Below the pieces are notes generated by a model. It searched no databases, was not told where the DNA came from, and was given only the letters and a program-made list of their open reading frames with translations. This document shows, piece by piece, positions 1-9,667 of a DNA stretch of 64,000 nucleotides. Position 1 is the first letter of the stretch, and each line of letters starts with the position of its first letter. The DNA comes from Vicinamibacterales bacterium (GTDB lineage Bacteria; Acidobacteriota; Vicinamibacteria; Vicinamibacterales; UBA2999). Where the stretch lies: NCBI GenBank assembly GCA_035492455.1, contig DATJJE010000005.1, forward strand, positions 16,961 to 80,960. Direction: 5' to 3'. The position numbers and the translations under genes were made by a program.

Positions 1-1304
1 CGCCAGGCAAACCGCAATGCCTGCCACTCTTCTGCGCTCGGCTGGCGCTTCGTGACGACGTTCAGATCGGCCGATGGCCACGGCTGCGACGCCTCGATGA
101 CACGGTCGCGCGACTGCATCAGGACCGCGCCGAGAATCGAGCGCAGCTCGCGTCCGCTGTCTCTTGCGAGCGAGCTGAAGTCCGCGGCGACCACGCGCAG
201 GTTGGTCTTTTTAGCGAGGACCGGCCGCGCCGCTTCCTCGACGCCCGGCGCCACGACCGCTTCGATGAACGTCGACACGATCGCCTGCGCCGTCTCCACA
301 TCAATGGTTCGATTCAATCCGACGATCCCACCGAACGCGGCAAGCGAATCGGCATCACGCGCGCGGACGTAGGCATGCGCGGCGTTCGCTCCCGTGGCGG
401 CGCCGCACGGATTGGTGTGCTTGATGACCGCCGCCGCCGGCTCATCGAATTCGAGCACGATGCGGGCGGCGGCGTCGAGGTCGAGCAGGTTGGTGTAGGA
501 GAGCTCTTTGCCCTGAAGCACGTGCGCGTTGCCAAGACCGGTGGCGAGTTCCTCCGCGTACCATGCGGCCTGCTGATGCGGGTTCTCGCCGTAGCGCAGG
601 TCTCGCAGTTTACGCAGCGCCATGTTTACCGTAGGCGCAAACAGATCTGGCGGGTCCAAAAGCGCCCGCCCTCCTGGTGGCGTGACTTGGCCCACGTGCG
701 CGCGCGTAAACCCATGTTCGTCCGCCGTGACCGTCGCGAGTGTCGACGCAATCGCCGTGTCGTAGCTGCCGGTGTGCGCGAACGCCTTGCGCGCCAGGTC
801 GAAGCGGAACTCGCGCGTCGGTCCACCGCTTCGGTCGAGCTGCTGCAGCACGACGCCATAATCCGACGGCGAGACCACGACAAGCACGTCCTGAAAATTC
901 TTTGCGGCGGCGCGCACGAGACTGGGGCCGCCGATGTCGATCTCTTCGATCAGCGCCTCGAACGGCGTATCAGGATTGCTCGCTGCTTTCACGAACGGAT
1001 AGAGATTGACGACGACGAGATCGATGAGCGTGATGCTGTGAGCCGCCGCCGACGCGAGGTCGTCGGGGCGTGCGCGGCGCGCGAGGATGCCGCCGTGCAC
1101 GAGCGGATGCAGCGTCTTGACGCGGCCGTCCATCATCTCGGGAAACCCCGTGACCTCGGAAATGCCGATGACCGGCAAGCCGGTCTGTTGCAGCGTCTTC
1201 GCAGTGCCGCCCGTCGAGACCAGCTCGAATCCACGGGCGGAGAGCCCGCGGGCGAAATCCACCAGGCCGGTCTTGTCGGAAACACTGATCAGGGCTCTAC
1301 GCAT
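1..1304 (-). CDS. purH: Bifunctional AICAR transformylase / IMP cyclohydrolase PurH (C-terminal part cut by window edge)
   Basis: My own reverse-strand translation from the ATG at 1304-1302: MRRALISVSDKTGLVDFARGLSARGFELVSTGGTAKTL...VKTLHP...AIKHTNPCGAA. The frame stays open to position 1. It is absent from the ORF track because no stop lies in the window. Confidence 0.9.
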   Translation of the reverse strand, partial: MRRALISVSDKTGLVDFARGLSARGFELVSTGGTAKTLQQTGLPVIGISEVTGFPEMMDGRVKTLHPLVHGGILARRARPDDLASAAAHSITLIDLVVVNLYPFVKAASNPDTPFEALIEEIDIGGPSLVRAAAKNFQDVLVVVSPSDYGVVLQQLDRSGGPTREFRFDLARKAFAHTGSYDTAIASTLATVTADEHGFTRAHVGQVTPPGGRALLDPPDLFAPTVNMALRKLRDLRYGENPHQQAAWYAEELATGLGNAHVLQGKELSYTNLLDLDAAARIVLEFDEPAAAVIKHTNPCGAATGANAAHAYVRARDADSLAAFGGIVGLNRTIDVETAQAIVSTFIEAVVAPGVEEAARPVLAKKTNLRVVAADFSSLARDSGRELRSILGAVLMQSRDRVIEASQPWPSADLNVVTKRQPSAEEWQALRFAW

Positions 1305-1371
1305 TTGCACATCGGAGTGGGAGTAAGGGGATCCATCGTGTTGAAAGAATTACATTTCCAAGATGTGGCGC

Positions 1372-1400
1372 TTGACACGGCTGCGCCCGATGCTTAGTAT
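1372..1400 (+). promoter_or_regulatory. Sigma70-like promoter for the cspA leader
   Basis: TTGACA (1372-1377), a 17-nt spacer, then TAGTAT (1395-1400). It lies in the purH/cspA divergent intergenic region, about 125 nt upstream of the cspA ATG. Confidence 0.5.
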
Positions 1401-1440
1401 GGCGCTGCGTTGAGGGGCGTTCCCGCAGCGTAGAAGTCGA

Positions 1441-1469
1441 GGCCGCGCAAGCACTCGCGGTCTTTTTTT
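1441..1469 (+). terminator. Intrinsic-terminator-like hairpin inside the cspA leader (attenuator or end of a small RNA)
   Basis: GGCCGCG (1441-1447), an 8-nt loop, CGCGGTC (1456-1462), followed directly by T7 (1463-1469). A second 7-bp hairpin lies upstream (CGCTGCG 1403-1409 / CGCAGCG 1424-1430). Confidence 0.5.
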
Positions 1470-1526
1470 GTGTCCGGAAGCTCATCTGGGGCTTCGAGGG
1501 GCATGTTTCAGCAGGAAAGAAGAACG

Positions 1527-1730
1527 ATGCGTATCACAGGTAAGGTCAAGTGGTTCAACAACGCCAAGGGCTACGGTTTCATTGAACGGGACGGTGGAAG
1601 CGACGTGTTCGTGCACTATTCCGCTATCAGTGGCAACGGCTTCCGGTCCCTGGAAGAGGGGCAGGCGGTTGAATTTGAAATCGTCGACGGCCCCAAGGGT
1701 CCGCAGGCGGGGAACGTCACCAAAGCCTAG
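1527..1730 (+). CDS. cspA: Cold-shock protein (CspA family, S1-like CSD)
   Basis: [34 protein letters not shown] carries the RNP1 (KGYGFI) and RNP2 (VFVHY) motifs. ATG at 1527 is preceded by GGAAAGAAG. The track ORF start at 1470 is an upstream GTG extension. Confidence 0.93.
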   Translation: MRITGKVKWFNNAKGYGFIERDGGSDVFVHYSAISGNGFRSLEEGQAVEFEIVDGPKGPQAGNVTKA

Positions 1731-1792
1731 AACCACTCCACGACCTGCCCGGCGTCGCTCATGGCGCCGGGCATCATCATCAGCACCCGGCT

Positions 1793-2392
1793 TCACCCTT
1801 CATCATCCTTCACGCCCTTCATCGCTCGCGCGGTGAATGCGACCTTGCCGTGCTTCACGGCGACGCGGAACGCGACTTCCGGCGTCCCCTTCGACTTGAA
1901 GGCCGTGACCTGTGTCTTGATCAGATCCGCGAACTTGTGGAATGGGATGGCATCTTCGCCAACCTCGCGGCGCGCCTCCGCAAGACTCTCGTACAGATCC
2001 TGCAGCTTGTCCATCTGCCGCAGCGGATCGTTGAACGTCGTCACGTGCAGGATTCGATCGAGCGGTCGCTTCGGCTTCTCTTCTGTGGGCGGCTTGAGGT
2101 TGGCGAAGGGACCGGGGCGTCCTTCCTCGCGTGCCTTCAGTCCGCGATCCCAGAGATCGATGAACGTCTGGTACCGCGTCTGCAGCGTGCTGAACCGAAA
2201 TCTGCCGCCGGTATTGGGGATATGTGCGTTGTCGAGCCGCCGGACCATGGCGGTAACGCGCCCGCGCGTCTCCCACGGTGGGCGCGGCAGGCGGCCGGCG
2301 AAGAACATGTTGTACTCGGCTTCGAGCCGCTTCAACTCCGCCTCGAGCAGTTCGAGCTCACGATCGAGATCGGAGAGGTCCTGCTTGGCCAC
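1793..2392 (-). CDS. Conserved hypothetical protein with N-terminal coiled coil (possibly MXAN_5187-like family)
   Basis: 199-aa ORF with coherent GC3 usage: MAKQDLSDLDRELELLEAELKRLEAEYNMFFAGRLPRPPWETR. It lies 12 nt downstream of the DUF2007 gene on the same strand as the nuo operon. The family name is from memory only. Confidence 0.6.
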   Translation of the reverse strand: MAKQDLSDLDRELELLEAELKRLEAEYNMFFAGRLPRPPWETRGRVTAMVRRLDNAHIPNTGGRFRFSTLQTRYQTFIDLWDRGLKAREEGRPGPFANLKPPTEEKPKRPLDRILHVTTFNDPLRQMDKLQDLYESLAEARREVGEDAIPFHKFADLIKTQVTAFKSKGTPEVAFRVAVKHGKVAFTARAMKGVKDDEG

Positions 2393-2403
2393 CGCCGATC
2401 ATT

Positions 2404-2652
2404 CTATTCCGGGTTGTGTCCTGGACTGCCGCCCGCCGACGCGAGCAGGTCGTTGGCGCGATCGACGTCTGCCGCGCGAACCATCAGGCGAACGCCGCCC
2501 AGCGCCGCGACGTAGAGCGGGTCCACACCTAAAGTGTACTGATCGGGGATAAACGACTCGATGCCCTCACTGTCCAGCACGGACCTCAGGAACTGCGCCT
2601 CGTGCAGATAATTGCAGTTGCGGACTTCGACCCAATCCCAATCGTCAGGCAT
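2404..2652 (-). CDS. DUF2007-like small protein (putative signal-transducing protein fold)
   Basis: 82 aa: MPDDWDWVEVRNCNYLHEAQFLRSVLDSEGIESFIPDQYTLGVDPLYVAALGGVRLMVRAADVDRANDLL. Its ATG (2652-2650) overlaps the nuoN TGA (2654-2652) as ATGA. Confidence 0.7.
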   Translation of the reverse strand: MPDDWDWVEVRNCNYLHEAQFLRSVLDSEGIESFIPDQYTLGVDPLYVAALGGVRLMVRAADVDRANDLLASAGGSPGHNPE

Positions 2653-4097
2653 CAGAAAATCGTGGCGATCGATTGCGCTGCGAGGTTCAAAACCTGCGCC
2701 GGGAGTATTCCGAGATAGAAAATCGCGGCAATCGACAACGACAGCGCGGTCATGCTGACGGCGCTTACGTGGATGCGCGGCGCTTCCGTGCCCCGTTCCT
2801 GCATGTACATCATGACGACGACCCGCAGGTAGAAGAAGACGGAGATGACGCTGGTCAACACGCCGATGACCGCGAGGCCGTAATAGCCTGCGCTGACGGC
2901 AGCGCTGAAGATGTACCACTTGCCGATAAAGCCTGCGGTCGGCGGGATGCCGCCGAGCGACAGAAGACAGACGGTCATCAGCCCGGCAAGAGCCGGATGA
3001 CTTTGCCACAGACCCGCGTAATCGCGAAGTTCGTCGTTGCCGCGATCGCGCGCACCGAGCAGCGCGATGACGCCGAACGCCGCGAGGTTGGTAATCGCGT
3101 ACGCGGCGAGGTAGAAGAGAATCGCCGCCTTCCCCACTTCGTTGGCGGCGACGAGACCGACCAGAAGGTAGCCGCCGTGCGCAATGCTCGAATACGCGAG
3201 CATCCGTTTCAAGTTCGACTGCGCAACACCAACCACCGTTCCGAGGATCATCGTCGCCGCCGCGATCACCCAGACGATCGGCGCCCAGTCGGCGCTGAAC
3301 GGCTCGAAGGATGAGAGGAACACGCGCGCGAACGCCGCAAACGCCGCCGCCTTGACGCCGGTGGACATGAAGCCGGTCACAATCGCCGGTGCGCCTTCGT
3401 AGGCATCGGGCGTCCACATGTGGAACGGCACGGCGGAAATCTTGAATGCAAAGCCGACCAGCAGCAGGCCGAGGGCGACAAGAATCAGCGGATTGTCGGA
3501 CAGCGACTGAGCCGCAAGGTACGAGCCGACACGATCGAGGTGCGTGCTGCCGGTGAGACCGAAGGTGAACGCGATGCCGTAGAGAAAGAACGCGCTCGAG
3601 AAGGCGCCGAGCAGGAAATACTTGAATGCCGCCTCGATGGCGCGTGGATCCTCGCGGCGAATGCCGGTCAGGACGTAGACAGCGAGCGAGAGCACTTCCA
3701 GGGCGATGAAGATGACGAGCAGATCGTTGGCCGTCGCCATCATGATCATGCCGGCGATGGCGAACAGGATCAGCGTGTAGTACTCGCCGGCCGGGATTCC
3801 GTCTCGGGTAATGACCTGCGACGAGAACATGATCGTCAGGATGCCGACGACGACCAGCACGAGCGTGACGAAGAGCCCGAAGTTGTCGCCCGACACCACG
3901 CCGAAGCTGGCGGCATTGCCGTTCCAAAGGAATGCCGCCGAAATGCCGGCGCCAATCAGACCGACGATGCCGAGCGCACCGACCGGCATCTGATCGGGCT
4001 CGCTCTTGTCGCGGAACGCCTCCCACGTCATGCAGGCGAGCGCCGCCAACGTGACCGACAGCATGGGGACGATGGCGTGGAGCTGAGGGCTGATCAT
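2652..4097 (-). CDS. nuoN: NADH-quinone oxidoreductase subunit N
   Basis: 481-aa polytopic antiporter-like protein in the last position of the nuo operon, with typical NuoN/ND2 segments (FKISAVPFHMWTPDAYEGAP). Confidence 0.92.
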   Translation of the reverse strand: MISPQLHAIVPMLSVTLAALACMTWEAFRDKSEPDQMPVGALGIVGLIGAGISAAFLWNGNAASFGVVSGDNFGLFVTLVLVVVGILTIMFSSQVITRDGIPAGEYYTLILFAIAGMIMMATANDLLVIFIALEVLSLAVYVLTGIRREDPRAIEAAFKYFLLGAFSSAFFLYGIAFTFGLTGSTHLDRVGSYLAAQSLSDNPLILVALGLLLVGFAFKISAVPFHMWTPDAYEGAPAIVTGFMSTGVKAAAFAAFARVFLSSFEPFSADWAPIVWVIAAATMILGTVVGVAQSNLKRMLAYSSIAHGGYLLVGLVAANEVGKAAILFYLAAYAITNLAAFGVIALLGARDRGNDELRDYAGLWQSHPALAGLMTVCLLSLGGIPPTAGFIGKWYIFSAAVSAGYYGLAVIGVLTSVISVFFYLRVVVMMYMQERGTEAPRIHVSAVSMTALSLSIAAIFYLGILPAQVLNLAAQSIATIF

Positions 4098-4098
4098 G

Positions 4099-4180
4099 TC
4101 AATTCAAAATGCAGCATTCAAAATACAAACGCGAATCACTTCACTTCACTCCCTGTTTGCATTTTGAATTTTGCATTTCG
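4099..4180. repeat. AT-rich heptamer-periodic inverted repeat (hairpin) between nuoM and nuoN
   Basis: Left arm 4101-4131 (ATTCAAA ATGCAGC ATTCAAA ATACAAA). Right arm 4152-4180 (GTTTGCA TTTTGAA TTTTGCA TTT). The arms are imperfectly complementary with a loop of about 20 nt. The right arm is read as the last 13 codons of the nuoM ORF. Confidence 0.75.
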
Positions 4181-5698
4181 CGCGTCGTTGCTCACCCTGA
4201 GCGTCTGCGTGTTCTGCAGCCGCTCAACGACCCGCGTGACGGCCGGTTCCATCGGCTTCAGGAACAGCGTCGGAAAGACACCCATCACCACGGCGATCGC
4301 GCAGAGTGGAATCACCGAGCCCCACTCGTGCGGCAGCAGATCGGGCAGCGTTGTGTTCTCACCGTGCGTCACCTTGCCGTAGTAGACCCGCTGGAACATC
4401 CAGAGCATGTAGACGGCTGACAGGATCACGCCGAGCCCGGCGGCGACCACATAGCGCGGGTCCCAACGAAAGGCGCCGAGCATGATGAGGAACTCGCCGA
4501 TGAATCCGTTCAGGCCGGGCAATCCGATCGAGGCGAGCGTGATGATCATGAACGCGGCGGTCAGACGCGGCATCACCGCCTTCAGTCCGCCGAACTCGCT
4601 GATCAGACGCGTGTGCCGGCGATCGGAGAGCATGCCGACGATGAGGAACAGACCGCCGGTGCTGACGCCGTGCGCCAGCATCTGGTACACCGCGCCCTGC
4701 ACGCCGTTGACGTTCATCGCGCAGATGCCAAGCACGACGAACCCGAGGTGGCTGACCGACGAATACGCCACCAGCTTCTTCATGTCCGGCTGCACCATCG
4801 CGACCAGTGCGCCGTAGATGATGCCGATGACCGCGAGCACCGCGATCCACGGCGCGAAGTAAGTTGCGGCCTCTGGGAACAACGGGAACGCGAAGCGCAC
4901 CAGACCGTAGGTGCCCATCTTCAGCAGCACGCCCGCCAGAATCACCGAGCCGGCGGTCGGCGCCTGCACGTGGGCGTCAGGCAGCCACGTGTGAAACGGG
5001 AAGAGCGGCACTTTGATCGCAAACGCCACCGCGAACGCGAGAAAGAACCAGAACTGCGTCCGCGGCGCGATGTCCAGCGTGTAGAGCTTCAACAGATCGA
5101 AGCTGTAGGTGCCGGTGGCGGCGTTGTGCAGGTAGGCGAGGCCGAGGATGGCGATCAGCATCAGCACGCTGCCGGCCATCGTGTAGAGCATGAACTTGAT
5201 GGCGGCGTAGATGCGCTGGTCGTAGCCCCAGATGCCGATGAGGAAATACATCGGCACGAGCATCGCGTCCCAGAATACGTAGAAGAGGAAGAGGTCGAGC
5301 GAGATGAAGACGCCGATCATCGCCGCTTCGAGAAGGAGCAGGAAGATGCAGAACTCCTTCACCTTCTTCTCGATGCCGATCCACGAGGAGAGCACGGCGA
5401 TCGGCGTCAGGAATCCCGTCAGCACGATCAGCAGCAGGCTGATCCCGTCGACGCCGACGTAGTAGTCGATACCGAAGGCAGGAATCCACGGCACGCGCTC
5501 GACGAGTTGAAACTCGGGCGAGCCCGGATTGAACGCTGCCCACATCGCGAGCGTCACGGCGAATACCGCGACCGACACGATGAGCGTAATCCAGCGTACC
5601 AGCGCGTTCCGTCGTCCGTCGCCGTTGCCGACGAACACAAGCAGCAACGCGCCGACAACCGGCAGCAACCACGAAACTGTTAGTAATCGAACGTTCAA
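4136..5698 (-). CDS. nuoM: NADH-quinone oxidoreductase subunit M
   Basis: 520-aa antiporter-like subunit (WLPDAHVQAPTAGSVILAGVLLKMGTYG) at the operon position between L and N. Confidence 0.93.
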   Translation of the reverse strand: MNVRLLTVSWLLPVVGALLLVFVGNGDGRRNALVRWITLIVSVAVFAVTLAMWAAFNPGSPEFQLVERVPWIPAFGIDYYVGVDGISLLLIVLTGFLTPIAVLSSWIGIEKKVKEFCIFLLLLEAAMIGVFISLDLFLFYVFWDAMLVPMYFLIGIWGYDQRIYAAIKFMLYTMAGSVLMLIAILGLAYLHNAATGTYSFDLLKLYTLDIAPRTQFWFFLAFAVAFAIKVPLFPFHTWLPDAHVQAPTAGSVILAGVLLKMGTYGLVRFAFPLFPEAATYFAPWIAVLAVIGIIYGALVAMVQPDMKKLVAYSSVSHLGFVVLGICAMNVNGVQGAVYQMLAHGVSTGGLFLIVGMLSDRRHTRLISEFGGLKAVMPRLTAAFMIITLASIGLPGLNGFIGEFLIMLGAFRWDPRYVVAAGLGVILSAVYMLWMFQRVYYGKVTHGENTTLPDLLPHEWGSVIPLCAIAVVMGVFPTLFLKPMEPAVTRVVERLQNTQTLRVSNDARNAKFKMQTGSEVK

Positions 5699-5735
5699 TC
5701 AGTCACCAGTAGGGCGGGTCCCCCGCCAGAGCTGC

Positions 5736-7808
5736 CTATCTCCAGAGGTAGTAGCCCAATATCAAAACGACGCCGATGAACAGCGACCCGGCATACGTGC
5801 GCACTGATCCGCTCTGCAGCCGCCGCAGTAGCGACGAACTCCCGTCGACGATCGACGCGGTTCCATTGACCGCGCCGTCGATGATGTTCACGTCGATGCC
5901 GCGCCACAACCCTTCCTGCGACACGATGCGGATTGGCTGCACGACAGTCGCGTCGTAAATTTCGTCGACGTAGTACTTGTTCAATAGCAGGCGATATAAA
6001 CCGGGGAAGGTGGCCGCAGCCTTGTCCGCGATCTCACGCCGCTTCAGCCAGATAAAGGCCGCGAGCGCGATCCCCGCAATGGCGACGACGCTGGAGACCA
6101 GCATCAGCGGCAGCTCGACCCCGCTGTTCACTTCCCCACCCGCCTCACCCGTCCCACTCGCCTCGCCCGGCTCGGCCACCTGTGCGTCCGCAAGCGTCGT
6201 GACCGAGCGCGCTGTAAATGACGGTTCGAGCCAGCTGCCAAGCGCGTTGTGGCCGCCAAGCGCACCGGGAATGCCGATGTAGCCGGCGAAGACGGAGCCG
6301 ATGGCGAGCACGACGAGCGCGAACGCCATCGCGGCAGGAGCGTCGTGAAGATGGTGCGATGGTGCGACGTGCGAGTCGTGCGATGGTGCGTCCGAAGCTG
6401 CGGTGTGCGACGGTGCACCATGAGCAGTCGGCTCTTCCTCTTCCGGATGCTGCGGCGCGGGAGCATCGTGGCGGCGCGTGCCGTGGAAGGTCAGGAACAC
6501 GAGCCGGAACATGTACGTCGCGGTGAGCAGCGACGTGAGGATGCCGATTGTCCAGAGGATCGTGTGACCGTGCGCGAAGGTTTCGAACAGGATCTCGTCC
6601 TTGCTGAAGAAACCGGCGAGCCCCGGCACGCCCGCAATCGCCAGCGACGCAATCAGAAACGTCCAGTACGTAGTCGGCAGCGCCGCCTTCAGGCCGCCCA
6701 TGTTGCGGACGTCCTGTTCGCCGTGCAGCGCGTGAATCACGGCGCCGCTGCCGAGGAAGAGGCAGGCCTTGAAAAACGCGTGCGTGTAGAGATGAAAGAT
6801 GCCCGCGCCGAACGCGCCGACGCCCATCGCCAGGAACATGTAGCCGAGCTGAGAAACGGTCGAGTACGCGAGCACGCGCTTGATGTCGTTCTGCACCAGC
6901 CCGATCGTTCCGGCGAACAACGCCGTGGCGGCACCGATCGTCGCCACGACCATCATTGTTTCCGGCGCATGGCTGAACAGCACCGCGTTGCGCCCGATCA
7001 TGTAGACGCCCGCGGTAACCATCGTCGCCGCGTGGATCAGCGCGGATACCGGCGTCGGACCTTCCATCGCATCCGGCAGCCACACATACAACGGAATCTG
7101 CGCGGACTTACCGGTGGCCCCGATGAACAGCAGCAGCGTGGCGACCGACAGCGTTCCGAACATCGACTCCGGCGCCAGCGGCGCTGTCGCCGAAGCGATG
7201 CGCTGGAAATCAAGCGTGCCGAATCGCACGAACAGCAGCAGCGTTCCAAGGATGAACGCGTAGTCGCCGATGCGGTTGACGACGAACGCCTTCTTGCCGG
7301 CGTCGGCCGCGGACCTCTTTTCGAACCAGAAGCCGATCAGCAGATACGAACAGAGACCGACACCTTCCCACCCGACAAACAGCACGAGGAAGCTCGCACC
7401 GAGGACGAGCACGAGCATGAAGAAGGCAAACAAGTTCAGATACGAGAAGTAGCGCGCGAACTCGCGGTCGACTTCCTCGTGCATGTACGCGGTCGAGTAG
7501 ATGTGAATCAGCGATCCGATGCCGGTGATGACCAGTATCATCACGGACGCGAGCGGATCGACACGCAGCGTCAAATCGATCTTGAAGTCACCCGACGTGA
7601 TCCACGTATAGAGCGTCTGCTCGATAACGCGCTGGGTCGGAGCAAGGTCGGCAATCTGCCAGACAACCATCACCGAGACGACGAACGAGGCGACCATCAC
7701 GAGCGACGCGAGGCCGCCGGAGACGGCCTTCGGCAGCCGTCGTCCCATCGACGCGTTGATGGCGAACCCGAGCAGCGGGAACAGCGGGATTAGAGCGATC
7801 ATCACCAC
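5736..7808 (-). CDS. nuoL: NADH-quinone oxidoreductase subunit L (with His/Pro/Ser-rich insertion)
   Basis: 690 aa, with [27 protein letters not shown] and a C-terminal lateral-helix region. The operon position fits NuoL. Confidence 0.93.
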   Translation of the reverse strand: MVMIALIPLFPLLGFAINASMGRRLPKAVSGGLASLVMVASFVVSVMVVWQIADLAPTQRVIEQTLYTWITSGDFKIDLTLRVDPLASVMILVITGIGSLIHIYSTAYMHEEVDREFARYFSYLNLFAFFMLVLVLGASFLVLFVGWEGVGLCSYLLIGFWFEKRSAADAGKKAFVVNRIGDYAFILGTLLLFVRFGTLDFQRIASATAPLAPESMFGTLSVATLLLFIGATGKSAQIPLYVWLPDAMEGPTPVSALIHAATMVTAGVYMIGRNAVLFSHAPETMMVVATIGAATALFAGTIGLVQNDIKRVLAYSTVSQLGYMFLAMGVGAFGAGIFHLYTHAFFKACLFLGSGAVIHALHGEQDVRNMGGLKAALPTTYWTFLIASLAIAGVPGLAGFFSKDEILFETFAHGHTILWTIGILTSLLTATYMFRLVFLTFHGTRRHDAPAPQHPEEEEPTAHGAPSHTAASDAPSHDSHVAPSHHLHDAPAAMAFALVVLAIGSVFAGYIGIPGALGGHNALGSWLEPSFTARSVTTLADAQVAEPGEASGTGEAGGEVNSGVELPLMLVSSVVAIAGIALAAFIWLKRREIADKAAATFPGLYRLLLNKYYVDEIYDATVVQPIRIVSQEGLWRGIDVNIIDGAVNGTASIVDGSSSLLRRLQSGSVRTYAGSLFIGVVLILGYYLWR

Positions 7809-8104
7809 TTCAACGACGTGAACGCGTCAGGGTTGAGCGATTCACGATGACGGAACAAAGCGATGACGATGGCCAGGCCGACGGCGGCTTCGGCGGCGGC
7901 GACGGTCATCACGAAGAACGTGATGATCTGGCCGTCAACGTTCCCCTGAGCGCGGCCGAACGCGACAAACGTCAGGTTCACCGCGTTCAGCATGATTTCG
8001 ATCGACAGAAGAATCGTGATCAGGTTGCGGCGCAGGAACACACCTGCGGTACCGATGGCAAACAGAATCGCGGAGACGACCAGGTAGTGGCCGAGCGGAA
8101 TCAC
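7802..8104 (-). CDS. nuoK: NADH-quinone oxidoreductase subunit K
   Basis: [44 protein letters not shown], about 100 aa. The GTG start at 8104 overlaps the nuoJ TGA as GTGA. The longer track ORF (to 8380) overlaps nuoJ and is rejected. Confidence 0.88.
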   Translation of the reverse strand: MIPLGHYLVVSAILFAIGTAGVFLRRNLITILLSIEIMLNAVNLTFVAFGRAQGNVDGQIITFFVMTVAAAEAAVGLAIVIALFRHRESLNPDAFTSLKW

Positions 8105-8634
8105 GACGCCGTCTCCCGCGCCGCCAGCACGACAGCACCGACCATTGCCACCAGAATCAGAATCGAGGTCGCTTCGAACGCGAACATGTAGTCCGTGAAG
8201 AGGACGCGTCCCACGGTTCGCACCGAGCTGATGGCGGCCACATCGCCGCGTGCGTTCACGGCCGTCGAGGCGTCGTTCACCCTGACGAGCGCCCACACGA
8301 GCTGAACGATCAGCAGGCCCGCCAGCAGCGCGCCGAAGCGCGCGACCCCCGGCCTGCGCAACGGATGCGTGCGGTCCCACACTGCCGCGTCCTCCTGCGG
8401 CGCGTTGAGCAGCATCACCACGAACAGGAAGAGCACCATGATGGCGCCGGCGTAGACGATGATCTGCGCCATCGCCACGAAGGGCGCGTCAAGCTGGATG
8501 TAGAGCGCCGCCAGCGCGCCGAACGACGCGATGAGCAGCATGATGCTGTACATCGGGTTGCGCTGACCGATGACCAGCGCCGACGCAAGAATCGCGACGA
8601 CTGAGAACAGGTAGAACAAAATCGTCTCAGACAT
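8101..8634 (-). CDS. nuoJ: NADH-quinone oxidoreductase subunit J
   Basis: [30 protein letters not shown]. The ATG at 8634 lies 2 nt after the nuoH stop. The upstream ATG at 8664 would overlap nuoH. Confidence 0.88.
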   Translation of the reverse strand: MSETILFYLFSVVAILASALVIGQRNPMYSIMLLIASFGALAALYIQLDAPFVAMAQIIVYAGAIMVLFLFVVMLLNAPQEDAAVWDRTHPLRRPGVARFGALLAGLLIVQLVWALVRVNDASTAVNARGDVAAISSVRTVGRVLFTDYMFAFEATSILILVAMVGAVVLAARETAS

Positions 8635-9667
8635 TGAAGTAGAGAATGGCCGCGGCGGTCGCAATCAGGTTCAGCACCGCTGCCGGAAACAGCCACTTCC
8701 ATCCGAACTGCATCAGCTGGTCGTAGCGATAGCGCGGCACCGTCCAGCGCACCCAGATGTAGGTGAAGAGGATGAATCCGACCTTCGCGAGGAAGAACAC
8801 CCACCCGAATCCATAGCGGTCGAGGATGGCGATGCCGTGCCACCCACCCAGATACAGGTCCGTCGCCACCGCGGCCATCGTCGTCATGTTGATGTATTCG
8901 GCCTGCGGGAACAGCGCGAACCGGACGGAGCTGTACTCGGTGTTGTAGCCGGCGACGAGCTCCTGCTCGGCTTCCGGGAAATCAAACGGCGCGCGATTCG
9001 TCTCGGCAACGCCTGCGATTACGTAGATGAGGAAGCCGACCGGCTGCAGAAAGACGTACCACTTCGGGATGAATCCGAACCAGGAGCCGTTCTGCGCGTC
9101 GACAACTTCACGCAGCGACAGCGAACCTGCAAGCATGATGACCGACGCGAGCGCCGTTGCATACGCAAGCTCGTAGCTGATCATCTGCGCCGATGAGCGA
9201 AGGCCGCCCAGCAGCGAATACTTGCTGTTCGACGACCATCCGGCGAGAACGATGCCGTAAACGCCCATCGAGGTAATCGCGAAAACGACGAGCACCGCGA
9301 CGTTCACATCGGCAACGCCCAGCTTCACCGGCGTATCGAGCAGCCCGAAAAGCGTCGTCTCCGCGCCCCAGGGTACCGCTGCAAACGCGGCAAATGCGGC
9401 GGTGACGGAAATGATCGGCGCGAGCGTGAACAGCCACTTGTCCGCGTCTTTCGGCCGCAGCTCCTCTTTGAACAGCAGCTTGACGATGTCGGCGAGCGGC
9501 TGCAGCAGACCCCACGGCCCGACGAGATACGGACCGTAGCGCTGCTGCATGAAGCCCATGACCTTCCGCTCGGCGAGCACCAGCAGCGCCGACGCATTGA
9601 TCAACATGAAGAACGTCAGACCGATGATGCCGAGCTGAATGGCAAAGCGGAGCGTCGCCTGATCCAT
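8627..9667 (-). CDS. nuoH: NADH-quinone oxidoreductase subunit H
   Basis: 346 aa (LAERKVMGFMQQRYGPYLVGPWGLLQPLAD, NRAPFDFPEAEQELVAGY). Its start shares one base with the nuoF stop (TGATG). Confidence 0.94.
   Translation of the reverse strand: MDQATLRFAIQLGIIGLTFFMLINASALLVLAERKVMGFMQQRYGPYLVGPWGLLQPLADIVKLLFKEELRPKDADKWLFTLAPIISVTAAFAAFAAVPWGAETTLFGLLDTPVKLGVADVNVAVLVVFAITSMGVYGIVLAGWSSNSKYSLLGGLRSSAQMISYELAYATALASVIMLAGSLSLREVVDAQNGSWFGFIPKWYVFLQPVGFLIYVIAGVAETNRAPFDFPEAEQELVAGYNTEYSSVRFALFPQAEYINMTTMAAVATDLYLGGWHGIAILDRYGFGWVFFLAKVGFILFTYIWVRWTVPRYRYDQLMQFGWKWLFPAAVLNLIATAAAILYFNV

Noticed and set aside
1746-1772. 9-bp GC hairpin (TGCCCGGCG / CGCCGGGCA) after cspA as a bidirectional terminator.
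   Set aside because: No T-run follows on either strand, so it does not meet intrinsic-terminator criteria. It may still be a stabilising 3' stem, but I did not list it as a feature.
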